Part shown: positions 23,966 through 34,944 of the stretch, piece after piece | Layout: each line of letters opens with the position of its first letter | Position numbering within the stretch: the stretch's first letter is position 1 | Notes under the pieces: generated by a model | Told to the model about the DNA's origin: nothing | Database searches by the model: none | Seen by the model: the letters and a program-made list of their open reading frames with translations, nothing else | Program-made: the position numbers and the translations under genes | Assembly: GCA_002633005.1 (NCBI GenBank) | Contig: NMRA01000112.1 | Coordinates: forward strand, 446,629 to 510,628 | Source: Phoronis australis | Taxonomy: Eukaryota; Animalia; Phoronida | Direction: 5' to 3' | Length of the DNA: 64,000 nt

Positions 23966-25447
23966 ATGGCACTCAATCGCTCACAGAGTCAACTATTCTA
24001 TCGTCAACACTTACTTGAGGCTGCTGAAAACTCTCATTCAGTCCACAAAGCGAACCTTTGATTTAGACGGTGTTATGAAATGAAGTACTTTCAGAAGAAT
24101 TGATCCGCGTGGTGACGCTGCGACCAAGCCAGATAGAGGTCGCCCGACAGAAATGAATGACTCAAGGACAAACTAATTAGCCCCACGGCTTGTGGCGCGC
24201 TAACAACTCTAGGATAAATTAGTATGTTTGTTGCAAGTTCAAATATTTACTGCATGCCTTTGTCCTCTGTTTTTTGACATCTTCACTTTAAATTGAGAGC
24301 AACTCGTACCGTTTTCCACAGTAATTATAAGGCTGCTTGTGCAAGAGATCAAAGTCCCGACATCTGCCGTGATTGTCTTTAACTCCTATCCGACTAGGAT
24401 GTGCAAATAATTTGAATGTCCAAATAACCATAATTTAGTTTAGATCACTTACTATTATGGAATTGGTCTCAAATTATCTCGTAGTCAACCGAGCAGATGT
24501 AAGTTCTGTACTTGGGAAGAATTGGTAGTTCCGGCTATTGCCTAAGAAGACGCTCTATAGGTTGACTTGTCACGGCTGTGTCATTTTATTCGTCTACCAT
24601 GGTCACGTGACCGGTGAACTCTTAGTTATCTCATCTGAATATGTTACAAGTTGAGATCAGTTTTGAACAGTAAGTGGTCTAATATCAAAAGTTAATTTCT
24701 TCGGCAAAAACGAGAGCTTAGGACCCCATTGCCACTTTAGCAAAAGCGTTCACCATCAAGATCAAGTTATCTTTCTTTCAGGAGTGAAACACGAAACCTT
24801 AAAGCAATCTGCTCATTGATCAGGGAGTGGCATGCCAGTTAACACCAAGAGCCGAGCGTCAGTTGACGCTAATAACTGTAGCCAACGGGAAACAAAGTAC
24901 AGGCCAAAATCATAAATTCTCTGACCGCGCCGCTAAATTCATTGTTTGGGCCTTATGCATCGATGAGCGGTTCATGTCCAATAACGGTTGGTCAGCGGCT
25001 CCCTTTCAAGTTTTAGTAGGACCACAGCCATGAAGACCTACCTCGGTCGTGCAATGGACCCTAAATCACTCAGGCTATTGCTGATAGTAATGGTCGTCCT
25101 ATGCTAGAAAGACTGTAACACATAATGTTGTTTTTTATTGAAAATGTAAGTCTGCTATACTGAATCGTGTATCTCATGAACTCTCATGATTCGACTAACT
25201 GTGATCAGTTTACATGGATTTCGAGATCGCCCCAGCAACAGCCGTCATGATTCAGTCACAACGTTGACGACAATCAAGTTTTTCACTTTGACCCTGCTTC
25301 TGCCTCTGGCCATTTGCAACAACAGGCACATATCAATGAGTCGACATAACACCACAATGTGCGCAGTTTTTATCAACAGTTCGCTTCTGAATACTCACGC
25401 CATCCACCTAGTGTGCGTATGTTGTCAGAAATTCATATCTTTTCACT

Positions 25448-25929
25448 ACCCTTACGAAAATAATCTATAGCATCTTATAGAATTCAATAGGAATTCCTAT
25501 ACAGAATTCTACTGAAATTCCTCTAGAATCGTATTGAACTTCCTATATGATCCTTTTGAACTTCCTTTAGAATCCTGTTAAACTTCCTACAGAATGCTAA
25601 TGAGCTTTCTATAAATTGTTATTGAACTTCCAATTCTATTCGTATAGAATCCTGTTAGAATATTCTGAAGATTTCCTACCTTATATTATATAGAAATAAT
25701 TCTACTCTTTTCAGTGCCAGAAATAATTTCCTCTAAGGATGTTACTTCACATTATTAATGTTGTGCATCGCTCTATGTATGGTGCTTATTTAAAGCTTTT
25801 TGGAACCTATTAAAACTTCAACAGGAAATTCTATGTAATACTCATTATGATCCTAGTGAACTTTCTATAGAATCCTATTAAACTTTCCATTGAGAAACCT
25901 ATTGAACTTCCTATAGAATCCTTTTGAGC
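25448..25929. repeat. Degenerate ~22-bp tandem array (CTATAGAATCCTATTGAACTTC), probable left subterminal region of a DNA element
   Basis: Many diverged units at 25465-25660 and 25800-25929; a related array at ~29250-29370. Confidence 0.7.
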
Positions 25930-27022
25930 TTAAAGGAGAATGCCATCCAAAAACCAACCTTTTTGTATCAATTTTGATCAATAACAGCAAGTTCAGTTGT
26001 TTTACCTGACACCTGACGGCAGACGGTGGTGTTGAAATTAACCAATGACGTAATCGGTTCGAACGCAGTCTGTTCAGCACCCAAAGTGGTCAACTTATCG
26101 CTTGAATGCATACCTTTACACCTATTAATTATCAAATTTTGATGTAAAACCCTTACAACTACATCGAATTCTTGAACAAACGTGTTGTTTTATTTCACTG
26201 TTACGGATTTATAAGTATTTGAACGTACGGTAGTCTACAGAGTTCGGTCAAGGAGTGTACTCCTAGGTTCGGTAGTGAGGCCAATTTATCATGGTCGATC
26301 GCGGAAGATTGGGTCTGTTTCGTGATAAATTCGAATCATTCTTCCGTGAAATAGAGACATGAAAGATAGCTTGTGTTGTAATTTTAGACTTGCGATTTTT
26401 TTCAGTTCTGAACACACAAAACGCTTCTTATCCCATCCAGTGCCTCAGAACCCGATCAGGCCCGTCGCGGCCGCCGGGACTGGACATCACGAACTTAAAC
26501 CACCTTAAGTTGGAAACTAAGCCTCCAGTCTCGACAAGACTATACTAGTGAGCCAAAGAAATAATGTACACGTAATTTTTTTGGTTAATTAGCCACGAAA
26601 CTGCAAATCTTCTTACTTAATCGGTGGCCGCGAAGTCAAGTTGCCCTTTTACAGAACCGCCAGGGCAAAAGTTGTACAGTAGGCTAGCAATGATGTGAAT
26701 AATGTAACTGTATATCTAAATGAAGATTCCCCATAGCATATAAAATCAAGTTATTGTTTCACAACAGCTTTCTGTCAGCAAACACTGAATTAGCATGCGC
26801 TCACACGGCCTCGGTGCCCGGTCAATGAATTACCTTAATTATTGCATCGGAAGCCTGTAACGCAGTGGTTTATTCATTACTGGCTTCTCAAAACATTTGC
26901 ACGAACGAATATTCCATAGGCATTACAAATTGTATCTAATGAGACAAACTTTGTTTCAATAAGCATTGGTTATTGTGAGAATAACTTATTTTGAAAGAGA
27001 ACGCAGAATAATAAACGTCAAC

Positions 27023-27175
27023 ATGGCAACTCGCAATCCCGAATTAGACGACAGCTCATCCGACAAAGACTTCGCAGGTGGATCATTAAGTTTCACAGCC
27101 TATTAGTTCGAACCGGAATACACTGATCAAGATATACTAGAGAGGAGCCGTGAACATGCACAGGCAACAGAACGT
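27023..27175 (+). pseudogene. KolX / P2X7-C-terminal-like protein N-terminal remnant
   Basis: MATRNPELDDSSSDKDFAGGSLSFTAY*FEPEYTDQDILERSRE: acidic N-terminus plus Y-x-FEPEYTD motif with an in-frame stop. Confidence 0.55.
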
Positions 27176-27229
27176 ATGGATAGTTCTTTGGTAAGCCGGC
27201 ATTCGTCGGACTCATTGTCGACGACTGCT

Positions 27230-27400
27230 GGACACAGACACGGAGATGTTTTACGGTCTCATACTTGCTATTAACAGCGTACATTTCATTCTTTACTACC
27301 GCGCGAGCCACTTCTTAAGCATTTCGGACTCTCGAGGAAGTCGAAAAAACGATATACCCGCTTTCCTCGCAACTGCATAATTCGGAAAGCGGCATTCACT
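27230..27400 (-). pseudogene. THAP zinc-finger remnant of Kolobok transposase
   Basis: CRFPNY...GISFFRLPRESEMLKKWLA, frameshift, ...KHLRVC. Confidence 0.7.
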
Positions 27401-30231
27401 CTGCAAATGAACCACTGACGTTGCTGCGTCGTTTCTCAGCTTCCTCACAGGGTAACGCGGTACCTCTCGGCAAGGTAAGGTCGACTGTATTGGCGGCATT
27501 GTGGATATAGACCGATTAAGACGGTAAAAAAGACTAATAAAATCAGGTGGCATTCTCCTTTAATGTATATGAAATTTTCTTAAATAGGGTAAACTATATA
27601 ATTTTCACTGTAGCTGTTTCATCTTTGGCGTTGTAAAATGCAATGTTGTGTCTAAACATCTATAGACCTAATGCACGCCGACAGGAGGCGCGTTCCAAAA
27701 CGAGGCTCGCTACGATAGCTCTGTTGGCGTATATCGGGTAATATATATTCCGTGTTGCTCGAACGTCTAGAAAAAATACGGTCACTCAATTGTCTGTTTT
27801 ACAACCCCTAAGGACGTTGAGATTAGGAAGCGTTGGATCATTTGTCATACACCTCGACAAAGGAAAAATAAATATGTCCGTGTAAAATTTATAGATGTTT
27901 TCGGAATGTTAGATCATATCATCGGTTGCCGAGCATCACAGCACCGACGATCGGAGAATCTTCGGCCAGCCAGGCTGTGTTTTCATGACTACGGTTGAAA
28001 CATGATGCATTTTTTCTTTCCAAAAAGGACAGGGCCCTCAATCCCTCGATTTTGGGGCCTAATATCGGACCTATTTTCCCCCGTAAAAAATATTGAAAAA
28101 TACCCAAAATTCCCCCAACGAGGCCTAAAAAATCCATGCCCTCGTGATTGAAAAGATCTCTCCGAAGTTCAAATCATCTGTAACCACACAGGTGAAACTT
28201 TGAAAGAGCACAATAATGCTACTTGAGACAGAGCCTATGAGAGCTTGCAGGTACATGTAGATTTTTTCCCTCACTCGGCGAAAAAATTCCCCTTTCAGAA
28301 GGCACAGGCACCATTCCCCGGCCTCAGATGAACGAGGTCCCTGAAGAAGCATGATAACCATGCTTACTCTTTCCAGTTAACTGAAATTGAGCTCTAAAAC
28401 GAGGTTGTGCTTTGGGCGAACGAATTAGGTGTTTTATTTTTAAAATTCAACTTAGTCCAGATTGATATTTAAAACCTAACACATGACACGTAAGAATTTT
28501 TAAAACCCAGAAAGCAGAATTGATGGTCAAATAATTTTATTTTCAATTACGAGCCTGTTTTTTTTTATTTTAATATAAATATATACAATAGAACCTACCA
28601 TTCTTTCAGATTGATGACAAATCAACTGTTAGTCCTGGTTGTCCCTACCTCACCAGGACCTAGGCTTTGCTTGATGTTGATATTCTTTGATCAACAAATT
28701 AAACCAGATGTGAGTAACTGCACATGACAGCAAAATGCAGAGAGCCACCACTGTCGAATATACCTTCAACTCGTGAACAATACAAGCAGATAACCTGGTT
28801 TGTGTAGAAAGCATTTTTGTCAACAGTTTAGAAGAAGAAACGTAAGCCTGCATTAAGCATAATACCTAATCCGTAACACTACGATGGCCGCAGTTTGGTC
28901 ATATTTACTTTCATGTTTCGAACCTAGTTTTCCGAAAAAAATTTATACCCTTCAGACAACTCTTTGATGCATTGACTTGTTCTCTAATGTATTTTTCTAC
29001 GTCTCTGTGGTTAATTATCAAGACATTTTTAAGACTCGAAAGACCGGCCATTAAACTCACGCAATATCAACTTCCGCTTTGTGTCTCGCAGTGAGCCTCA
29101 CTTTGTATTTAATGTCCGCCGCGTGAATTAGGTCTATATGGAACATTTTGATTATGTGTACTGCTTAGTGGCAAAAAAAGGGAACAGTTTCTCAACAAGA
29201 CAACAGGTGTCACAGAAAAGCGATTTCGGGAACAGCAATCTTTACAGCAATGTCCTATTGGATTTCTTAAAGGTTTTATAGGAAATCTGATAGGATAACA
29301 TCCTATATGAAATCCAATTACATGTTGGCCCAATATCTTACAGGATCCTATAAGGAATCTTATTGAAAATTTCCGTGAGTGTAAAGTAGAAAAAGGAATC
29401 GTGTTTCCATCGTACTATTCTTGTTGAGGCTGTGACTGAAACGCATCCGGATTCGACCATTACGAACACTTATGTCGAATGAACACAGAAAATTTACAAA
29501 TACAGCGCATATTTTCACCCTTATTTGTTGTTTGGACGATCCGTAAGCAAGAAATGAAAGGAAAAACGGCTACTTTTAAGAAAGTACACCTTACTCGACC
29601 TGGTCAGTACCTCACATGCATCACAGGTACCTAACCTAACCTACCCACCAACAACTACACGGAAGTAGCAAAACTTATCATGTTTCAAATGACTGGTTTG
29701 TGCACTGATCACCAGTCTTAAAAACTCAAAATGCCGACCCTGAGGGTTTCAGAAACCCTAATGTATTCTGAAAAGGACTTGAAGAAATCTGTTTAATTGT
29801 TGTTCCTGGCAAGTTTGATTCTAGTTGGTCAAGTGCTTTTATAAAAACTTGCCTGGACGTTAAAATTAAGCGGCAGTAAAAACACTGTCAAGCAGGCCTG
29901 CAGTTAAAAACTTAAAGATTGAATCGATAGATTCTTTTCTCCAAAGACAAAGATTGGTCTATCGTTTACGTTTTCGGATCCTCCTGTCAGGATTCATTCT
30001 CAAACTGAGGCCGTGTTGGGTCAGAGCGTGTTGGCGTCGGGCGAAGGTCGGTGAATCTGGTGGTTGACTAGGCCTCAATATATACAGCTGTAATAAGTGA
30101 CAAGATGGAATTGTCTTGAGTCCGTATTCATACACTGATCAGCACCTTTCAGAGTTCGTATTAAATACGTTGAGAAAATTACGGTTGATAACTGCTGAGT
30201 TACAACTCCTCGTTTGCCACACTCCACATCT

Positions 30232-30312
30232 AAAGAATGGACAAGTCCACTTTTGATGTGTGCACCTTCATTGAAAGAGTGGGCGAGTCCACTTTTGATG
30301 TGTGCACCTTCA
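30232..30312. repeat. Local tandem duplication (~42 bp)
   Basis: AGTCCACTTTTGATGTGTGCACCTTCA occurs twice. Confidence 0.8.
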
Positions 30313-30519
30313 CAAATGACACATTTTAATAAAAGAGTTACTTACAAATTGTTTTTAAAATCAGTGCACGTGACTGATACTTAACGTTAACGACTACTTT
30401 CATGAGAATCTGTGTCCTCGATTTCCGATATGGAGGCGCAGAAACGTTCTCACGTTCTCACAGGGATTTGCCTATCAGAACACACGTCAATGAACTCTTC
30501 AACTTTTCTTCGCTCTGTC

Positions 30520-31056
30520 AAGAACTGCATGGAACTAAAGAAAAATTTCGAGTGATTTCACATCACAAGCCCTACAGATGAGCACAGAAACTTTATTCTT
30601 TCTTGTATTTTTGACCCTTTCACTCCCACTGAAAACCGAGCTAGACTAAGAAAAATAGGAGCAAAATATGCAAAATCGGCACATTTCACCCCAAAAGCAC
30701 CACTTCTCTGCCGATGCTAGACTAAAGCCAACATTAGATTCCGAAAGCAATTTTACTACCTATTCCAAAAATGTGTTTCGAAAGTCCTGCCAACCAACTG
30801 TTTTTTTGTTTTTGCAAACCTGGCTTGTTTGAGGGCTACCTGAAATCGCGGCCAATTTCTCAGTTGCTTACACAACAATGCACAATTGCAACAGGGGGCC
30901 ACCATCTTGAAGAAGAGTGCAGCTATAGCCGAGAAAGTGACCTTTTTTATTCTCAGCATGTTCACAAATACAAACCAACCATATTCACTTGGCCTACATA
31001 CAGTACAATACCTAACCAAAAATGCACCCAGGCCTGGCCTACCCCTAGATTTTAAT
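30520..31056 (+). repeat. Dispersed repeat family B, copy 1
   Basis: Diverged colinear match to 56600-57078 (GAGTGxTTTCACATCA, TGCCxATGCTxGACxAAAGCCAA, GCCAxTTTGAAG, CTGGCCTACCCC). Confidence 0.65.
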
Positions 31057-31899
31057 ATTTCGAGAGTGCAGTACTGTTCAGTGCCACCTATCCAGTCATA
31101 TTTACATTAGCTTGCCATTACTTTGGGACACCTTTTGCTACTGTACATTCATTTTCACGAAAGACGTCGCTCTAGTCGGCTGCCACGCTAAGTGTTGATT
31201 ACGAAGTTAATGACTCTACATTACGTTCCAGCAGATATAAACCTGTGCACTGTCGAAGAAATTACTTGATCTCCGTTAATTTGCCCCTTACTGATGTGAG
31301 AAGCAATTTTGGACTTGCAAAGAATTCAACGGTCTGTATCAAAAGTTGTTGTTTGTGATGGGAAGTATTTTCGCTTTAATGGGTGATTTTCATTTAAATT
31401 GACATAATTGGTGTCAATGAAGCATGAATAAAATTAGCAAAGTTGAACAGAAGTATGCTAATTCCTCTCAGACAGCATTTCAATAATTTTTTGGAGATTT
31501 TTGAGCAACTTTTTTTATTTGTCTGGTGTGAATGTGTTATTGCAGAAATCTGCGAGGCGAGTACCGTCGACTTTCCCGGCTATTTAATTAGGAACCACCG
31601 TATTGCAAGTTCAGTTTTTCGGGCAGGTAATTTTAGAGTTCAGGCATGATGTCTAGTACTCTTATAATAGTTAACCCCAAGCAATTAGTTAAGATTTATA
31701 ATTATTCGGGTTAGGATGAAGAAGAACGGGTTGATCTGATCTCTGTTTTTCTTTTTAATCGGTCACGGAGGTGCGTTATTTTTTTAGTTGCTCACTTTTT
31801 CAAAGAAAATTCACCTGAAACGAGAAAAAAATTGTCCCAAACCGTGATTATCTTTACTCACGTGCCTTTGTGCACCTTTTCAGACATTGGCTAAAACTG

Positions 31900-33060
31900 G
31901 TGCAGGAGGGGCTTAACTGTTGTTGCTTTGTCGTGACGTGAGTTATCTATCGGACGCAAGATGGCGCTGTGGTAGCCATTTTTGATTTACAAGGCCATAG
32001 CTAAAGCTCTGCTGTTACGGGAGAGTTTTTGTGAAATCCAGCACCTGGATGCGACAAACAGTTCTCGAGTCATTTGAGACTTCCCCGTTACGTCTCCTAT
32101 ATTTATTGATTTATCGTGACGTATATCCGGCGCCCCTTCATGGATCTTTCTGAAATTCGGTATGTGGTGAAATCTCGTCATTAAGCACTATATCACGTGC
32201 GCTATCCGCTTTTCGCCATGACTTACCGTTCTTGAGATGTTCTTGAGATATTCGAGATTTATTGGACGAAAGACTGTTATTTTATTGCGTAATTCCTCAT
32301 TGTACAACATGTGTTTCCTTAATACTTCGAAGCCTATTGTTTTTAGTTCCTACGGGATGCAAGGTCATTTTGTATTTTTCGCTTTCTTTGGAGTCTCTTG
32401 AGGAACTTTTCTGAAATATGGCATATGCAAAGAACTTGTCAAACGCTATATGCACTCTGCCATCTGTTTCTGGCTCCAACTTACCGTTCTGAGGACGAGA
32501 TTTACCGGTCTAATAACTGACCTTTTATTGATTTCAGTGAAATTTCCTTTTGGCTCTTTTACTTTAAATTGCACGCAAGATAGTGCTTTGATGGTCATGT
32601 TTGAATAATCTCTTACTCCTAGATTCCTTAAAAGAACTTAATTGTGTTGGTCTATTATATTGTGCTACGTGTATTATTTTTTGTCCGATCGACATGAAAT
32701 TCACATACAACATGTATCTGGTTAAGAGCTTGTTGAGGCCTGTTGGCGTTGTGACGCGGAGCTCCAGCTCATCGGTCCTTTGAGGGATTCTTTAAAATTT
32801 GGATGTGTATACCAGTGTTTTAAAGAGCTATCTGAAGTATGCCATTTTTATTGATAGATTCCTGTGTCGTGTATCCGGCGTTTCCTGGAACGTCGCAAGC
32901 GCTATCTGAATGACTTTTATGTTATAGTTTACGCTGCAACTTACCGTACCCATTTCATTTAAAATTTAGTGACTGTATATCGGTTCTGTACTGATTGACT
33001 TCTCGCTACACGTGGCATTATTCCTCAAATCGAACTAAAATTTACATAGTTGTGCATCCA
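31900..33060. repeat. Old Helentron-associated-like element with diverged internal tandem units
   Basis: Recurrent ACTTACCGT (~32221, 32479, 32939), CAAGAT[GA]G[CT]GCT and TGAAATTC motifs similar to the 6879-7290 element. Confidence 0.4.
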
Positions 33061-33939
33061 TCTTCAGTGTTTTGACATGCATGACCATCGTCATCATCAC
33101 CATCGTGAGTTCCGTTTTCATTGCCCATCGTACAGAATCTGAACAACTATCAACGGACGACGGAGGAACCATACAGGAATTCACGTCTTTTCACGTATGA
33201 ATCATATATGAATTTTCATTTAAACTTGAAAATGTGTTTTGAGCTAAAACGGTACAAAAATCTTTTAAAACGTTTAAAAATCCTCGAAGGCCATCATGTG
33301 GTCAGGTGGAACTTCCATTTTTCAAAGTGGGGAGACTGGGTGAGGGAGTTGTGGATAGCAACTTCGCCTCCACCGGCATTGATTTCGTTGGATCCAGCGT
33401 CGCCGTTATTGTCATCAGCGTTTTGACAGCCGAAATATTCGGATGCAGTAACAACTGCTCTCGTCTCATCATAGTCGTTTTGCATAGCAGTGCCGGCTTC
33501 GCTGTCGTCTCCCGACGTCATAAGTTTCAGTGTAAACACCATCAATTCCGTGCTCGGGTTTGGCATTGCTATCGGCTTGCCGATCGGATGTTGTCCGAGC
33601 GTTGCTGTCGTCGTCGGTTGTTGAGTCAAAGTCCTGAGATTTCATTTTGAACATTTATATCAACTTTATTGAAACGAAAGATTGGTATAAAGTCAATGAT
33701 GACCTGATTAATGAATCGGCAATTTAGCTTTGGTCACCTCGCTTTAGTAACGTATCGTACTTTAACTTCTTAATCAAATAATTTGTCTCATTATCAGTCT
33801 GTCCAAAGTCAGGCTAAGCTATGACGAGTTATATTATCATTATACCACGCCATCATTTGCAAGCAATTAGTAGCACAAGAGTACTATAGGTCTGCGGTCG
33901 CTGGTTTATACATGACGACGCTGGACGTGCGTGGCGCTT

Positions 33940-34049
33940 TCTGACTCATCCAAGTAGACCTATTTTCCAATCAAACACTTAAAGAATGGGTTTTACGTGA
34001 AGTGTCGTAAATTCTCGAATCATCGCTTCTTTGGAAACTTCTACTTTAG
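33940..34049 (+). promoter_or_regulatory. Probable non-coding first exon / promoter-proximal region of MFS paralog B with GC donor
   Basis: Homologous to ~17630-17720 (CTCATCCAAGTAGxCCTATTTTCCA...CTTTAG|G[TC]AAGTTTGATGG); ATG replaced by ATC, donor GCAAGT. Confidence 0.55.
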
Positions 34050-34794
34050 GCAAGTTTGATGGAACTTAAAAGAAGTTCCACAATTTTTTACCATTCATTT
34101 ATTTCGTTAAACATCAAGCTCTCTATCAGTTGTGTGACGTCATGGCTGGAAGATCTTGTTCAACTTGTAAAAGTTCAAGATAATTCTTCACTTGGTCTTT
34201 TAAAAAAGTCTAGGTTAAGTAATTCGAGTGTTCTTCTCCTTTCGTTCCACGTGTTTTTTTTTCTTATTTAGATAATTTGACTTATTAATAAGAAGAGAAA
34301 AGACTTCAACTATTGTTTATCCATAGTTGCTTGTGTAGTTGTGTTTGGTCATGTTCACACGAATTTCGTAATGCTGCAGTCGGTTGCCAGTCAGTAGTAT
34401 TTTTGGACGTCGACTTTTGTCTATTCGCGCAGCGGCGAGTGCTAGGCATTATTTGAGAAAAAAAATTCGATTTTGACATTGTCTGCACTTGACTTCGCCG
34501 GCTCATCCGCCTAAGACATTCGATTGGTTGTCGACTTATACAGCTATCAGATGTCTTAGCCGGTTGACCCGACGAAACCAGAGAAGTCTATCAAGTGCAG
34601 CCACTGTGACGTACGTTTATGATGATTTAGGTTGCTTTCCAGCCCAAACCAACACTGGCAAGATGTCACAGTTAATATTTCTATTCACTTTAGCTGGCAG
34701 CGGTCGTCTGCCCCCAATGTTTACTTATTGCTGGCTCCCCCATGGCAGACAAGCAGGCATTGTTTCAGTTATTGTTTATTTTTGTGTCTTAGAA

Positions 34795-34944
34795 ATGGAC
34801 AGTAGTACTAAAACGCTCGAACACTCCACGGAGTCCAAGTCCGATTTAGAGGATGGTGAAGCCAAGGTGGCAAGAGAGTCGAAGCGTATTATGATCTTCA
34901 AGATTGCAAAGCAAGCTTCTCTTGTAATGGCCTGGATAAGCATA
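34795..34944 (+). CDS. MFS paralog B first coding exon
   Basis: tcttag|aaATG; MDSSTKTLEHS...KQASLVMAWISI|gtgagt. Confidence 0.83.

Larger units (their letters stand above)
25934..27559. mobile_element. Internally deleted Kolobok DNA transposon
   Basis: TTAA on both sides (25930-33, 27560-63); TIR AGGAGAATGCCA / TGGCATTCTCCT; THAP remnant on - (~27230-27400) and KolX-like N-terminus on + (27023-~27175). Confidence 0.78.

Noticed and set aside
25465-25929. Regular short repeats as a CRISPR-like array
   Set aside because: Head-to-tail degenerate units with no unique spacers, eukaryotic context, no cas genes.
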